A DNA stretch of 64,000 nucleotides, taken from contig DATGEL010000120.1 in assembly GCA_035310145.1 (NCBI GenBank), forward strand, positions 21,479 through 85,478. Reading direction: 5' to 3'. The stretch comes from Dehalococcoidia bacterium. GTDB taxonomy: Bacteria; Chloroflexota; Dehalococcoidia; CAUJGQ01. Below, piece after piece: positions 21,531 through 32,586 of the stretch (the first letter of the stretch is position 1; the number at the start of each line of letters is the position of its first letter). A program made the position numbers and the translations under genes. A model generated the notes under the pieces. The model worked only from the letters and a program-made list of their open reading frames with translations. It made no database searches and was not told the DNA's origin.

Positions 21531-21794
21531 GGTGAGTCCTCGAACAGCGGCCTGCGTGGGGCGGCGTGACCGCGTGCTTCGGCCCGGTTTCGGCGCTGTG
21601 CGCGGCTCCCGCGCCGTCTCTTCCACCCGTTCGCGCCGCGCGCAGCGATCGCCCGTCAGAGCCAACTCACCATAGCATAGGCTCCTCCTAGGCACACTGC
21701 ACCGGCAGGCTGCTTGCGCATTCTTTCACAGAGTTCGTATGCTCGGCGTGAGCTGCGTTCGCGCGGCCGTCCGCGCAGCCAGGGGCCGCTTGCC

Positions 21795-22775
<981 letters not shown>

Positions 22776-22787
22776 GACGGACCAGTC

Positions 22788-23861
22788 ATGGCGACCTTCA
22801 TCGAGCTGACGCGCGCCTACCTGCGCTCCTTCGTGCGAGAACCCTCCGCCGTGATCTTCTCCTTCGCGATCCCCGTGCTCTTCATCGCGGTCTTCGGCCT
22901 GATCTTCGGCAACCAGGGCACGCCGCACTACGCGCTGGGAGTGGTCGAGCAGCAGGCGGGCCCAAACGCGGATCGGCTCGTGCAAGCGCTGCAGCAGGTC
23001 CCGATCTTCAAGATCCACCACGGCGATGAGCAGACCGAGCTGAAGCGGCTCGGCCACGGCGACCGCGCGGCCGTGGTGATCGTGCCGGACGCGCTTGATC
23101 AGCCCGGCCAGCCGGCCGCGGTGCAGGTTTACGCCGACCCTGGCAGCACCGCGGCGCAGAGCGTGGTGCTACCGGTGTTGCGGCAGGTGGTGGACGGCTT
23201 CGACCGGCAACTGGCGGGAACGCCGGCGCGTGTCACGCTGGAGGCGCGCTCTACAAGCGCGCAGAACTCGCGCTACATCGATTACCTCGTGCCCAGCATC
23301 CTCGCCATGTCGCTGATGCAGCTTGGTCTGTACTCGGCGGTGACGCTGGTGACACAGCGCGAATCGAAGCTGCTGCGCCGGCTCGGCGCCACACCGCTGC
23401 GCCGTGGCACCCTCGTTGCCAGCCAGGTGGCGCAGCGCGTGCTGATCTCCGTGATCCAGGCGGTGATCCTGATCGGCGTGGGCAAGCTCTTCTTCCACGT
23501 CGACTTCACGCGCGACCTGCCCGCACTGCTGTTCTTCATCGTACTCGGCACGCTGGCCTTCGTGGCGATGGGCTTCGTGGTCGGCGCCTTCGCCGGTTCG
23601 GCCGAGTCGGCGATGCCTCTCGTGCAGTTCATCGCGTTGCCGATGCTGTTTCTCTCCGGCATCTTCTTCGAGATCGACGCCGGCCCCGCCTTTTTGCAGC
23701 CGGTGGCCCGCGCCCTGCCGCTCACCTACCTCGGCGACGCGCTGCGTCAGTCCACCGTCCACGTGGCGGCACTGAATCCGCTGTGGGTGGACGCTGCCGT
23801 GCTCGCCGGCTGGCTGGTGGCCAGCTTTGCCGTCTCCGTGCGGCTGTTCCGCTGGGAGTGA
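22788..23861 (+). CDS. ABC-2 type transporter permease
   Basis: 357 aa, 6-TM ABC-2 topology, 12 nt after the ATPase gene. Confidence 0.75.
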   Translation: MATFIELTRAYLRSFVREPSAVIFSFAIPVLFIAVFGLIFGNQGTPHYALGVVEQQAGPNADRLVQALQQVPIFKIHHGDEQTELKRLGHGDRAAVVIVPDALDQPGQPAAVQVYADPGSTAAQSVVLPVLRQVVDGFDRQLAGTPARVTLEARSTSAQNSRYIDYLVPSILAMSLMQLGLYSAVTLVTQRESKLLRRLGATPLRRGTLVASQVAQRVLISVIQAVILIGVGKLFFHVDFTRDLPALLFFIVLGTLAFVAMGFVVGAFAGSAESAMPLVQFIALPMLFLSGIFFEIDAGPAFLQPVARALPLTYLGDALRQSTVHVAALNPLWVDAAVLAGWLVASFAVSVRLFRWE

Positions 23862-23869
23862 CGGCCGGG

Positions 23870-24307
23870 CTACACCGGCGCGGTCGACGTCGCCTCGCCC
23901 GGCGCGCCCGCCCGCTCCCGCTTGACCCGCGCGATGAAGGCGGCAACCGCTGCCGCGTCGAAGAAGAACTTCTGGGCACGGGCAAATTTGCCGTCGCGAA
24001 CGCGGTAGAGGCCGAGCACCGGCTCGGCAACGTACGCGCCGCTTGGGCTCGCCGCTCGCCAGTGCCAGAGCACCACAACCTCGTCCCCTGCCGCCGCAAC
24101 CACCCGCGGATCCATCTCGCGCTCGGCGGCCGTCGGCTGCAGCTCGTCCCACAGCTCCACCCGCTCGCTGCCAAGCGTGCTGACGAGCGACGGCGGCCAG
24201 CGGAACTCGACCTCGGGATGATACAGCTCGTTCAGGCGCTGGCGGTCGCGCCGCTCGACGGCGCGGAAGGTTTCCAACACGATCGTGATGTTTTCATCGG
24301 CTCCCAT
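23870..24307 (-). CDS. SnoaL-like/NTF2-like domain protein
   Basis: Start at second ATG (24307) preceded by GGAGGAG; ..NITIVLETFRAVERRD.. NTF2-fold family. Confidence 0.6.
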   Translation of the reverse strand: MGADENITIVLETFRAVERRDRQRLNELYHPEVEFRWPPSLVSTLGSERVELWDELQPTAAEREMDPRVVAAAGDEVVVLWHWRAASPSGAYVAEPVLGLYRVRDGKFARAQKFFFDAAAVAAFIARVKRERAGAPGEATSTAPV

Positions 24308-24462
24308 GCTCGGCTCCTCCATCAAGGCGTCGTGGTTCCGCCCGGTAGCAACACCGCGCCGCGTATGCGACACTGTGCTGCATATCGAGCGTAGGCGGCC
24401 AATCCCCGCGAAGTCGATGAACAATGCCGTCACGATGGCGCATAGGCAGCAACGAGGCGCAA

Positions 24463-25176
24463 ATGTCGCAGAACGAGGGCCGCGGCGATCTGCGTGTCCG
24501 GCGCACCGAGCGCGCCATACGCGCGGCAATGATCGAACTTATCGTGGAAAAGGGGGACGCCGCGATCAGCGTGAACGACCTTGCCGAGCGGGCGATGATC
24601 AATCGCGCCACGTTTTACCGGCATTACCGGGACAAGGAAGAGCTGCTGGAGAGACTCATTGCGGACATGCTGGACGGACTCGCGCGCAGCATCGGTCCAA
24701 CCAGCCCAAGCGGCGCTCCCGAAGTATTCCTCAACGAGATCTTCCGCGCGATGCGGCGCATCTTCGAGCACGTGGCGGAGCACGGCGCTCTCTATCGCGC
24801 GCTGATGGCGACTCGGGGCAGCCACGCTTTCGAAGCGCAGGTGCGAGGCTATGTCGAATCGGTCCTGAAGGAGCGCTGGCGGCTCGGGGAGGGCGGCCGC
24901 TCGGCCACCGGCATTCCCGAGGCCGTTGGTATCGCCTTCTCCGTCACGGCGTTCCTCGGCACCATCGCCTGGTGGCTGGAAGCGAGCACCCCCTACTCGC
25001 CCGACCAGATGAGCGGCTGGCTCGCGGCGCTGTTCGTTCTCGGTCCTGTGCAGGCTGCCGGGTGGCAGATCTCGGCGCCGGGCCAATTCGCGGCCCAACG
25101 AGCTTTGGCTGCCGGCGGCGGTGCGGTGGCCGATGCGTTGTCTACGCGCCGAGCGCCGCCTCCAGCAGCTCCGTGA
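24463..25176 (+). CDS. TetR family transcriptional regulator
   Basis: N-terminal HTH ..RAAMIELIVEKGDAAISVNDLAERAMINRATFYRHYRDKEEL.. Confidence 0.8.
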   Translation: MSQNEGRGDLRVRRTERAIRAAMIELIVEKGDAAISVNDLAERAMINRATFYRHYRDKEELLERLIADMLDGLARSIGPTSPSGAPEVFLNEIFRAMRRIFEHVAEHGALYRALMATRGSHAFEAQVRGYVESVLKERWRLGEGGRSATGIPEAVGIAFSVTAFLGTIAWWLEASTPYSPDQMSGWLAALFVLGPVQAAGWQISAPGQFAAQRALAAGGGAVADALSTRRAPPPAAP

Positions 25177-25804
25177 CTTCCTGCACCGTGGCGTCGCGCC
25201 AGCCGGCCCAGAAGGGGCTGCTGCGCTGAAACTCGTCGTAGTTGCGCTCGCGCTCGGCGATCGCGGCCGCCTTCTCCTGCTCAGTGGGTGGCCGCCCCAG
25301 CTTCTCGGTGAGCTGGCGCGTGCCGGACGGGCCGAAGATCGGGGAGAGCGCCTCGCGCATCTGCTCGTTCGCCAGCTTGGGCCGCTCGATCCAGTGCGCG
25401 ATGTAGCGATGATCCTTCGTGTAGAAGACGTAGACCGGGATCGAGAGGAATTCGCCGCCCAGCTTGAACGGCTCGGCCGCGTCGAGGTTCTGATCGCGTT
25501 CGAGCACGCGCAGCTCGAGCCCCGCCGCATCGGCGATGCGCCTGGCCACGGGCACACCGCGGTAGACGTCGGGGCACCAGTCCTCGCCGAGCACCAGCAG
25601 CTGCGCCGGGCCGTCCGGGCGCGCCGCCAGCGCCTGCAGGCGCCTTGCGAGACCGTCCGCCACGTGCGTCCCGGCGAAGTTGTCCGCGAACTTCTCGCGG
25701 TTGTTCCGGATGCTGCCGACGTATTGCTCATACGTCTTCGCGGCGGCGAAGCGCTCGGCGCTCACCGCGTCCTGATAGGCCTGCCGTTGCTGCTGCGCGA
25801 CCAT
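25142..25804 (-). CDS. thioredoxin-like fold protein (DWCPDVY motif)
   Basis: 220 aa from ATG 25804 (AAGGAGAG SD); the longer 533-aa ORF is antisense shadow of the enoyl-CoA hydratase gene. Confidence 0.6.
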   Translation of the reverse strand: MVAQQQRQAYQDAVSAERFAAAKTYEQYVGSIRNNREKFADNFAGTHVADGLARRLQALAARPDGPAQLLVLGEDWCPDVYRGVPVARRIADAAGLELRVLERDQNLDAAEPFKLGGEFLSIPVYVFYTKDHRYIAHWIERPKLANEQMREALSPIFGPSGTRQLTEKLGRPPTEQEKAAAIAERERNYDEFQRSSPFWAGWRDATVQEVTELLEAALGA

Positions 25805-25972
25805 CGGGCTCTCCTTCGCCGGCTGACGTCTGCCGAGTCGCTTCATTTTATACACCTTATACACCATCGGGCGCACTTTTGCGCCGGCTGCGGTACGCTT
25901 GCGCCGATGCAAACGTGAGCCCCGTCTGGCGTTGCGGCTCGGCCGCACCTGGCCGGCAGGAGGACAGGCAAG

Positions 25973-26770
25973 ATGCAGGACTACGGCGCGTACAAGCACC
26001 TGGTCTGCGAGCGGCCGGAGGCCGGCATTCTCAAGATCACGATCAACAATCCCGAAAGCCTGAACGCGATCGCGCCGCCGATTCACTCGGAGCTGGCGCA
26101 CATCTGGGTCGACGTCGCCGCCGATGAGGAGACGCGCGTGGTCTTGCTCACGGGCGCGGGGCGTGCCTTTTCGGCCGGCGGCGACGTGCATAACATGCGC
26201 GCCACCTGGCGCCAGCGCGACATCGCGCACACCATGCGCGAGGGGAAGCAGATCGTCGACCGCATACTCGACCTGCCGCAGCCGCTGATCGCGTTGATCA
26301 ACGGCCACGCGGTTGGCCTCGGCGCCACGCTCGCGCTCTGCTGCGACATCGTCTTCGCGGCGGAAGGCGCCAAGATCGGCGACCGGCACGTCAACGTCGG
26401 CCTCGTGGCCGGCGACGGCGGCGCGCTGCTCTGGCCGCTGCTGCTCGGTCCCCACCGCGCCAAGCAGTTTCTGATGACGGGCGAACTGATCGAGGGGCGC
26501 GAGGCGGCGGCGATGGGCTTGATCAACAAGGCCGTGCCGGCGGAGCAGCTCGAGGCCGAAGGGCTGGCCTTCGCCCGCACGCTGGCCGCGCTGCCGCCGC
26601 TGGCCGTGCAGTGGACCAAGCTCTCCGTCAACAAGACCCTCAAGCTGATCGCCAACGCTGCCTTCGAGACGTCGCTCGCCTATGAGGGCGCCAGCATGCT
26701 CTCGCAGGACCACCTGGAGGCGGTCAGCGCCTTCATCGAGCACCGAGCGCCGAGCTTCAGCGGCCGCTGA
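25973..26770 (+). CDS. enoyl-CoA hydratase/isomerase family protein
   Basis: Crotonase fold: ..LNAIAPP..VVLLTGAGRAFSAGGD.., AGGAGG SD. Confidence 0.85.
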   Translation: MQDYGAYKHLVCERPEAGILKITINNPESLNAIAPPIHSELAHIWVDVAADEETRVVLLTGAGRAFSAGGDVHNMRATWRQRDIAHTMREGKQIVDRILDLPQPLIALINGHAVGLGATLALCCDIVFAAEGAKIGDRHVNVGLVAGDGGALLWPLLLGPHRAKQFLMTGELIEGREAAAMGLINKAVPAEQLEAEGLAFARTLAALPPLAVQWTKLSVNKTLKLIANAAFETSLAYEGASMLSQDHLEAVSAFIEHRAPSFSGR

Positions 26771-26779
26771 AGCCGGCCG

Positions 26780-27544
26780 TCACAGTGGTCTGGCGAAGCG
26801 AATCATGCCGCCGTCGACGAAGTAGGTGCTGCCGGTGACGTAGGCGGCCTCGTCTGAGGCCAGAAAGACGGCAACGGCCGCCACGTCTTCGGGCGTGCCC
26901 AGATGGCCGGCGGGAATGATCTCGTCGAGCTGACGCACCAGATTCGGGTCTTGCAACGTGGCCGTGTTGATGGGCGTCGCGATCGCGCCGGGCGCGATAT
27001 TGTTCACGGTGATGCCCTGCGGCGCCAGCTCGACGGCAATGTTGCGCATGAACATGCGCATACCGCCCTTCGAGGCGCAGTACGGCGTGTAGCCCGGAAA
27101 CGGCAGATCCTCGTGAATCGAGGAGATGTTGATGATCCGGCCCTGATTGCGCGTCACCATGTCGCGAGCTGCCGCCTGGGCGCAGAGAAAGGCGCCGCGC
27201 AGATTGACGGCCATGATCTTGTCGTACTCTTCGATCGGCGTCTCCAAAAAGGGGATGCGCTTCTCGATGCCCGCGTTGTTGACGAGAATGTCGATCCGCC
27301 CCATCTGGGCGATCGCCTGCGCGAACAGGTTGGTCACGTCGTCTGCCTGCGAGATGTCGGCGGCGATCGCCACGCCGCGGCGGCCGGCCTGCTGCACTTC
27401 CTGGACCAGGGTGTCCGCCTGATCGCCGCTGCCGACGTAGTCGACCACCACATCCGCGCCTTCTTTGGCGAAGCGCTCACAGATGCCCCGGCCGATGCCC
27501 GTGGCGCCGCCGGTAACCAGCGCGACCTTGCCTTCGAGCCGCAT
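26780..27544 (-). CDS. SDR family oxidoreductase
   Basis: TGGATGIG cofactor motif; catalytic YCASK. Confidence 0.85.
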   Translation of the reverse strand: MRLEGKVALVTGGATGIGRGICERFAKEGADVVVDYVGSGDQADTLVQEVQQAGRRGVAIAADISQADDVTNLFAQAIAQMGRIDILVNNAGIEKRIPFLETPIEEYDKIMAVNLRGAFLCAQAAARDMVTRNQGRIINISSIHEDLPFPGYTPYCASKGGMRMFMRNIAVELAPQGITVNNIAPGAIATPINTATLQDPNLVRQLDEIIPAGHLGTPEDVAAVAVFLASDEAAYVTGSTYFVDGGMIRFARPL

Positions 27545-27641
27545 TCTCGCTCCCTCCGTCAGCCTGATTCGGTACTGCAGACATCGTAGCCGCTCGTGCC
27601 GGCCGCGTTACGCGCGACGGCGGGCGCCGGCGGCGTTTCCC

Positions 27642-29090
27642 CTAGCCAGGCGTCCAGCCGTCGAGCGAGGGCAGGGCGCGCAGGAAGTCCGCTCGGGCCG
27701 CGCCGCCGCCCTCCGGGAAGACCTTGTGCGGACTGAACACACCATGCGGATCGAACACCTGCTTGATGCCGCGCATCAATCCCACGGCCAGCGGCCCCAG
27801 GTCCTCTTCCAAGAACTCTTTCTTGAGCGAGCCGATGCCGTGCTCGCCGGAGAGCGTGCCGCCCAGGGACAACGCCGCGCGGAAAATCGCCGCTGCCGCC
27901 TGCTCGACGCGCTCCATCTCGCCCTCGATCCGCCGGTCGAAGAGGATGTTGGGGTGCAGGTTGCCGTCGCCCGCGTGGCCGAAGACCGCGATCGGCAGTC
28001 CTGCCTGTTCGGAGATGCGACGTACCTGCCGCACCATCTCCGGCACCTCACTGCGGGGTACGGCGATGTCCTCGCCCAGCTTGTTCGGCCGCACCCGGCC
28101 CAGCGCCCCGGAGACGGCGCGCCGCGCCCTCCACAGCGCGTCGCGCTCCGCCGCGTCCGCCGCGACGGAGACGGAAACGGCGCCGTGGCAGCCGCAAATC
28201 TCCGCCATGCGTTCGACCTCCGCCCGCGCCACCGCTTCGTCGCTGCCGTCCTGTTCGAGCAGCAGCATCGCTTCGGCCTCGCGCGGCAGTCCGAGTTGCA
28301 GGTAGTCTTCCACGACGTTGATCGTGGTCTTGTCCATCATCTCCAGCGTCACGGGCAGAATGCCGGCGGCGATGATCGCGGCCACCGCCTCTGAAGCGTG
28401 CTCCAGGGTGTCGAAGTAGGCCGCGGCGGTGCAGCGCCGGCGCGGCAGCGGACGCAGGCGCAGCACGATCTCCGTGATCACGCCCAGCGTGCCCTCCGAG
28501 CCGACAAAGAGCTGAATGAGCTGGTAACCGGTCACGTTCTTGACCAGCTTTCCACCCAGCTTGAGCACGCTGCTGTCGGCCAGCACCACGGTCAGCCCGA
28601 GCACGTAGTCCTTGGTCACGCCGTACTTGAGACAGCGCGGGCCGCCGGCGTTGCAGGCCACGTTGCCGCCGAGCGTGGACTGGTTGAGGCTGGCCGGGTC
28701 CGGCGGATAGAACAGCCCGAGCTCTTCCACCGCGGCCTGCAGTTCGGCTGTGACGACGCCCGGCTGCACGGTAGCGACGGCGTTGGCCGTGTCGATCTCG
28801 AGGATGCGGTTCATCCGCGCCAGCGAAAGCAAGATGCCGCCGCCGATTGGGATGGCACCGCCGGCCAGGCTCGTCCCGGCGCCGCGCGGCAGCAGCGGCA
28901 ACCCTTCGCGGGCGGCCAGCTTTACGATCTGCGCCACCTCTTCTGTCGTGGCCGGCGTCACTGCCGCATCGGGCGGGTTCTGCGCGAAGGTCCCGTCGAT
29001 CGAGTAGGCGACGAGCTGGCCGGGCTGGTCATGGACCTGCGCCGGCCCGACGATGGCGCGCAGCTCCTTCAGAATCGCTTCATCGAGCAT
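27642..29090 (-). CDS. glcD: FAD-linked oxidase, glycolate oxidase subunit GlcD-like
   Basis: ATG 29090 after GGGAG; FAD_binding_4 plus C-terminal oxidase domain. Confidence 0.8.
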   Translation of the reverse strand: MLDEAILKELRAIVGPAQVHDQPGQLVAYSIDGTFAQNPPDAAVTPATTEEVAQIVKLAAREGLPLLPRGAGTSLAGGAIPIGGGILLSLARMNRILEIDTANAVATVQPGVVTAELQAAVEELGLFYPPDPASLNQSTLGGNVACNAGGPRCLKYGVTKDYVLGLTVVLADSSVLKLGGKLVKNVTGYQLIQLFVGSEGTLGVITEIVLRLRPLPRRRCTAAAYFDTLEHASEAVAAIIAAGILPVTLEMMDKTTINVVEDYLQLGLPREAEAMLLLEQDGSDEAVARAEVERMAEICGCHGAVSVSVAADAAERDALWRARRAVSGALGRVRPNKLGEDIAVPRSEVPEMVRQVRRISEQAGLPIAVFGHAGDGNLHPNILFDRRIEGEMERVEQAAAAIFRAALSLGGTLSGEHGIGSLKKEFLEEDLGPLAVGLMRGIKQVFDPHGVFSPHKVFPEGGGAARADFLRALPSLDGWTPG

Positions 29091-29464
29091 CGCGTTGCTC
29101 CCGTCCGTTCCCCACGGGTCCTGAGTCAACAGTCAACCGGCCGCGCCGGCCGACCCAGCAGGACCATGGTACCGCGGCGAGGACGGCAAGAAGGTGCAGC
29201 CTCGGGCAGGGCCGCAAACCCGGCGGGAACGCCGCGGCGAGCGTGCCCGGTGGCAAGACGAACCCCACCCCTCGCGCTGCCACAGGCGAAAGCGCAGCCG
29301 TGCGGCCGCTGGCAGCAGCGCCGAGACCGCGAGTTGGCCGGCGCGGCTGATCTGGGGAGCCGGACTGGAGGCCGCGCAAGCGAACCGGGGTTGACGCGGT
29401 TTCGTCTGCACACGCATCGTCTGGCTGAGCGGGTTCCGCGGATCTGCCCGCGGCAGGTGCCTGC

Positions 29465-30232
29465 ATGACGCCACACCGCCCGAGCCCTCGCCCTTTCAGC
29501 CGTGGACGATCGCCGCGCTGGCGGCGCGATCTGCCCGTACAGCTCGCCGTGATCGCGGCCGGCGGCGCCTACGTTCTCAACTCTGCCATTCTTGGACGGC
29601 TGTTCTCTGCCGACGAGCGGCGGCGGCTGGCGATCGAGCACGCGCGGCGGCTGGTCGATCTGGAGCGGGCGCTGCACCTGTTCAACGAGCACGCGCTCTA
29701 TCGCCTGGCGCACACCGACCGTCTCGTCGGCCTGGCTGCCAACGGCATCTATCTCTTCCTGCACCTGCCGTTGATCGTGCTGATCGCGGTCTGGCTGTAC
29801 AGCCGCCAGCGGCCGCTGTTCGTGCTGATGCGCGACGCGATGCTGATTTCCGGCCTGATCGCCCTGGCCTGCGAATACTATCCGGTGGCGCCGCCGCACC
29901 TGGTGCCCGACCTCGGCTTCACGAACCTCGCCGCCTCGCGCCTGTACAACGCGGTTGAGCCGAAGGCCGGCTTCGATGTGTACGGAGCGCTGCCCAGCAT
30001 CCACGTCGGCTGGGCGTTGCTGATGGGGCTGTGCCTCTGCTGGCGGGGGCCGCGCCTGATCGGGCCGCTGGCCGGCGCCGCGCTGCCGATCGCGATGGCC
30101 TTCGCCGTCGCGGCCACGGGCAACCACTACCACCTCGACTCGATCACCGGCGTGCTGGCAGCGCTGGTCGGCCTGTGGCTCAGCCGCTGGCACAGCCACG
30201 CGATCACCGCTGCGCCTGTAGACGGTCGATAG
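29465..30232 (+). CDS. PAP2-superfamily integral membrane protein
   Basis: PSIHVGWA..NHYHLDSITG motifs; 5-6 TM; true start may be internal. Confidence 0.6.
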   Translation: MTPHRPSPRPFSRGRSPRWRRDLPVQLAVIAAGGAYVLNSAILGRLFSADERRRLAIEHARRLVDLERALHLFNEHALYRLAHTDRLVGLAANGIYLFLHLPLIVLIAVWLYSRQRPLFVLMRDAMLISGLIALACEYYPVAPPHLVPDLGFTNLAASRLYNAVEPKAGFDVYGALPSIHVGWALLMGLCLCWRGPRLIGPLAGAALPIAMAFAVAATGNHYHLDSITGVLAALVGLWLSRWHSHAITAAPVDGR

Positions 30233-30238
30233 TGTTCG

Positions 30239-31657
30239 TCAGCGCCCCGGCTCTTCGAACACATCGCCCGCCGCGGCGCCACCGTAGGCTTCGTCGAGCA
30301 GGTCCACGATGTGGCGCACGCGCACGTCCAGCCCGGTCCGTGTCAACCCCGATTCGAGCTGCAACTGACAGCCCGGATTCGAAGTGACCACGACGGGGGC
30401 GCCGCTGGCACGCACATTCTCGATCTTGCGCGCCTGCAACGCGTCCGCACGCTCGCGCTGCAGCACGTTGTAAATGCCGGCGCTGCCGCAGCAGAGCGCG
30501 GGCTCGCTCATCTCTACGAGCGTCAGCCCGTGGAGGGCTTTCAGCAAACGTCGCGGCGCCTCGCGGATGCGCTGCGCGTGCGCCAGGTGGCAGGGCTCCT
30601 GCAGAGTCACCGTCAGGTCCGCGGCGGCGCTGGCGGCGGGCAGGTTCGCGGCCGCCAGCTCCTCGTTCACGTCGCGCACGCGTGCGGCGAAGGCGCTGGC
30701 CCGCTCGGCATAGGCGGAATCGTCGTGCAGCAGGTGGCCGTAGCCCTTCAGCGTCGAGCCGCAGCCCGCGGCGTTGACGACGATCGCGGCGTCCGGAATG
30801 CGCTCGAAGGCCTCGATGTTGCGCCGCGCCAGCGCACGGGCGCCCTCGACCTCGCCGTTGTGCACGTGCAGGGCGCCGCAGCAGCCCTGCCCGGCCACGG
30901 CCACAACCTCGGCGCCTGAGCGAGCCAGCATGCGCGCCGTGGCGCGGTCGGTCTCGGCGTAGGCCGTGCTCATGATGCAGCCGGCGAACAGTCCCACCCG
31001 GCGATTCGGTTCGCCGCCTGCCGGCCGCCAGCGCTGGCCGCGCGGCACGAGAAACCGGCCCGGCATCTGCGGCAGCAGCCACTCGAGCATGGCGAGGCGG
31101 AAGAGCGCCAGCAGGCGGCTCTTGCGCAGCAGCCAGCGGGCGCCGCTGCGCTGGTAGATGCGGCCCAGGCGGCAGGCGCGGCGGAAGCGGTCCATGTCGG
31201 CGAACAGCTTCTGGAAGACGAGCCAGCGCAGCAATCGCTCGCGCCGGCCGTGCGGACGGTTGCGCAGGAAGACCTCGCGCATCATCGTGCCCAGCGGCTC
31301 CATGCGCACGCCGGCCGGGCAGATCGCGGTGCAGGCGTCGCAGAGCAGGCAGGTCTGCGAGTGCTCGACGGTGTCTGCGGTCAGCGGCAGGTGGCCTTCG
31401 GCGACAGCGCGTGCCATGGCGATCCGGCCGCGCGGGCCTTCCTCCTCGGCGAAGCTGATCTGATACGTCGGGCAAACGCTGAGGCAGAGGCCACAACGGA
31501 TGCAGCTCAGCATGTTGTCGTACTGGCCGTGCAGCAGCGCCGCCGACGCCGCATCCTGCAAAGGCAGCGGCGCGCTCTCTCCCGCGCGAGCGCGTCCTTC
31601 GGGCAGCGATGCGGCCGCCGGAGTTTCGTCTCTGATCGTCGCCTGGAGAAGCGCCAT
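30239..31657 (-). CDS. glcF: (Fe-S)-binding oxidoreductase, glycolate oxidase GlcF-like
   Basis: Two 4Fe-4S motifs (CIRCGLCLSVCP, CLLCDACTAICP) plus two CCG domains (..CCGSAG..). Confidence 0.8.
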   Translation of the reverse strand: MALLQATIRDETPAAASLPEGRARAGESAPLPLQDAASAALLHGQYDNMLSCIRCGLCLSVCPTYQISFAEEEGPRGRIAMARAVAEGHLPLTADTVEHSQTCLLCDACTAICPAGVRMEPLGTMMREVFLRNRPHGRRERLLRWLVFQKLFADMDRFRRACRLGRIYQRSGARWLLRKSRLLALFRLAMLEWLLPQMPGRFLVPRGQRWRPAGGEPNRRVGLFAGCIMSTAYAETDRATARMLARSGAEVVAVAGQGCCGALHVHNGEVEGARALARRNIEAFERIPDAAIVVNAAGCGSTLKGYGHLLHDDSAYAERASAFAARVRDVNEELAAANLPAASAAADLTVTLQEPCHLAHAQRIREAPRRLLKALHGLTLVEMSEPALCCGSAGIYNVLQRERADALQARKIENVRASGAPVVVTSNPGCQLQLESGLTRTGLDVRVRHIVDLLDEAYGGAAAGDVFEEPGR

Positions 31658-31770
31658 CTTCTGCTCGCACGCGGACCGGGGTCATGGCGATTGTACGTCG
31701 CCCCGAATGCTCCGCGCATGCCACCGCTCGGCGCGCGCAGCGCCGGATCGCGACCACCGCGGCTCCGACC

Positions 31771-32586
31771 TTACTCTGCGTTCGTCGCGGCTGCCTCCGG
31801 TGCGGAAAGCTTCAACCAGGGATGCAAGCGCTTCATCTCAGCGATGAGCCGCGACAGGTTTTCCGGGCGATTCGTGATGGCACGCAGGTTCGAGCCACGG
31901 TGCACGCGGTACCGCGCAAGGATCTGCGGCACCTGCACACCCCAGTAACCGTGCTCGACGAACTTGCACCACAGCTCGTAGTCGTTCCAGCCGGGGACGC
32001 TCATCGAGGTGGCCCCGCCCACGCTCAGCCACGCTTGGCGGCGGATCAGCGCCAGTGTGTCGATGTAGTTGCCGTGGGCCAGTCGTTCAGGCTCCCAAAG
32101 TCCAAGATTCATCACGCCCACCTCTTCGCCGAAGATCTCCAGCATCGGGTAGGCAAACGCCGCGTCGGAGTCGCGAAGCGCGGCAAGACAGCGCGACACA
32201 CAGGATGGCAGGAGGATGTTATCCGAGTCGAGCATGAACACGAATTCGGACGCAGTACAGTTCACCGCCGTATTGCGGGCCGCCGCGCCTCCCAGATTGC
32301 GGCGGTGCTGAAGCAGGCGAGCGCCGGCGAATCCGCTCCCATGCCGTTCCAGCCACTCCAGCGCCGTTGCGCATGCCGGACCCGGTCCGCCGTCATCGAC
32401 GATTACAAGCTGCAGCTCCGCGGGATCCTGTGCAAGCACGGAGTCCAGCGTCGCGACGATGAAGCGTTCGTGATCGTACAGCGGTACCACGACACCTACG
32501 TCGCCGCGCCGCACGTCACCGGTTTCGTACACGGTGATCGCGGACCCACCCGCATTCGCTGGCGGACCGTCCTCTCTCCAGCTCAT
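31771..32586 (-). CDS. glycosyltransferase family 2
   Basis: VVVPLYDHERFIVATLDSVLAQ..LVIVDDGG GT-A signatures; ATG overlaps upstream stop (ATGA). Confidence 0.7.
   Translation of the reverse strand: MSWREDGPPANAGGSAITVYETGDVRRGDVGVVVPLYDHERFIVATLDSVLAQDPAELQLVIVDDGGPGPACATALEWLERHGSGFAGARLLQHRRNLGGAAARNTAVNCTASEFVFMLDSDNILLPSCVSRCLAALRDSDAAFAYPMLEIFGEEVGVMNLGLWEPERLAHGNYIDTLALIRRQAWLSVGGATSMSVPGWNDYELWCKFVEHGYWGVQVPQILARYRVHRGSNLRAITNRPENLSRLIAEMKRLHPWLKLSAPEAAATNAE

Noticed and set aside
21676-21690. Strong SD (UAGGAGGAG) followed by AUG-CUA-UGG-UGA micro-ORF in the ctaA leader
   Set aside because: Only three codons long and not in frame with ctaA; probably chance, though a regulatory uORF cannot be excluded. 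ctaA start placed at TTG 21530.
21531-21695. 55-residue N-terminal extension of the ctaA ORF (MPRRSLCYGELALTGDRCARRER..)
   Set aside because: Arg-rich, no membrane or heme-synthase features, no SD at its GTG; CtaA normally begins just before TM1.
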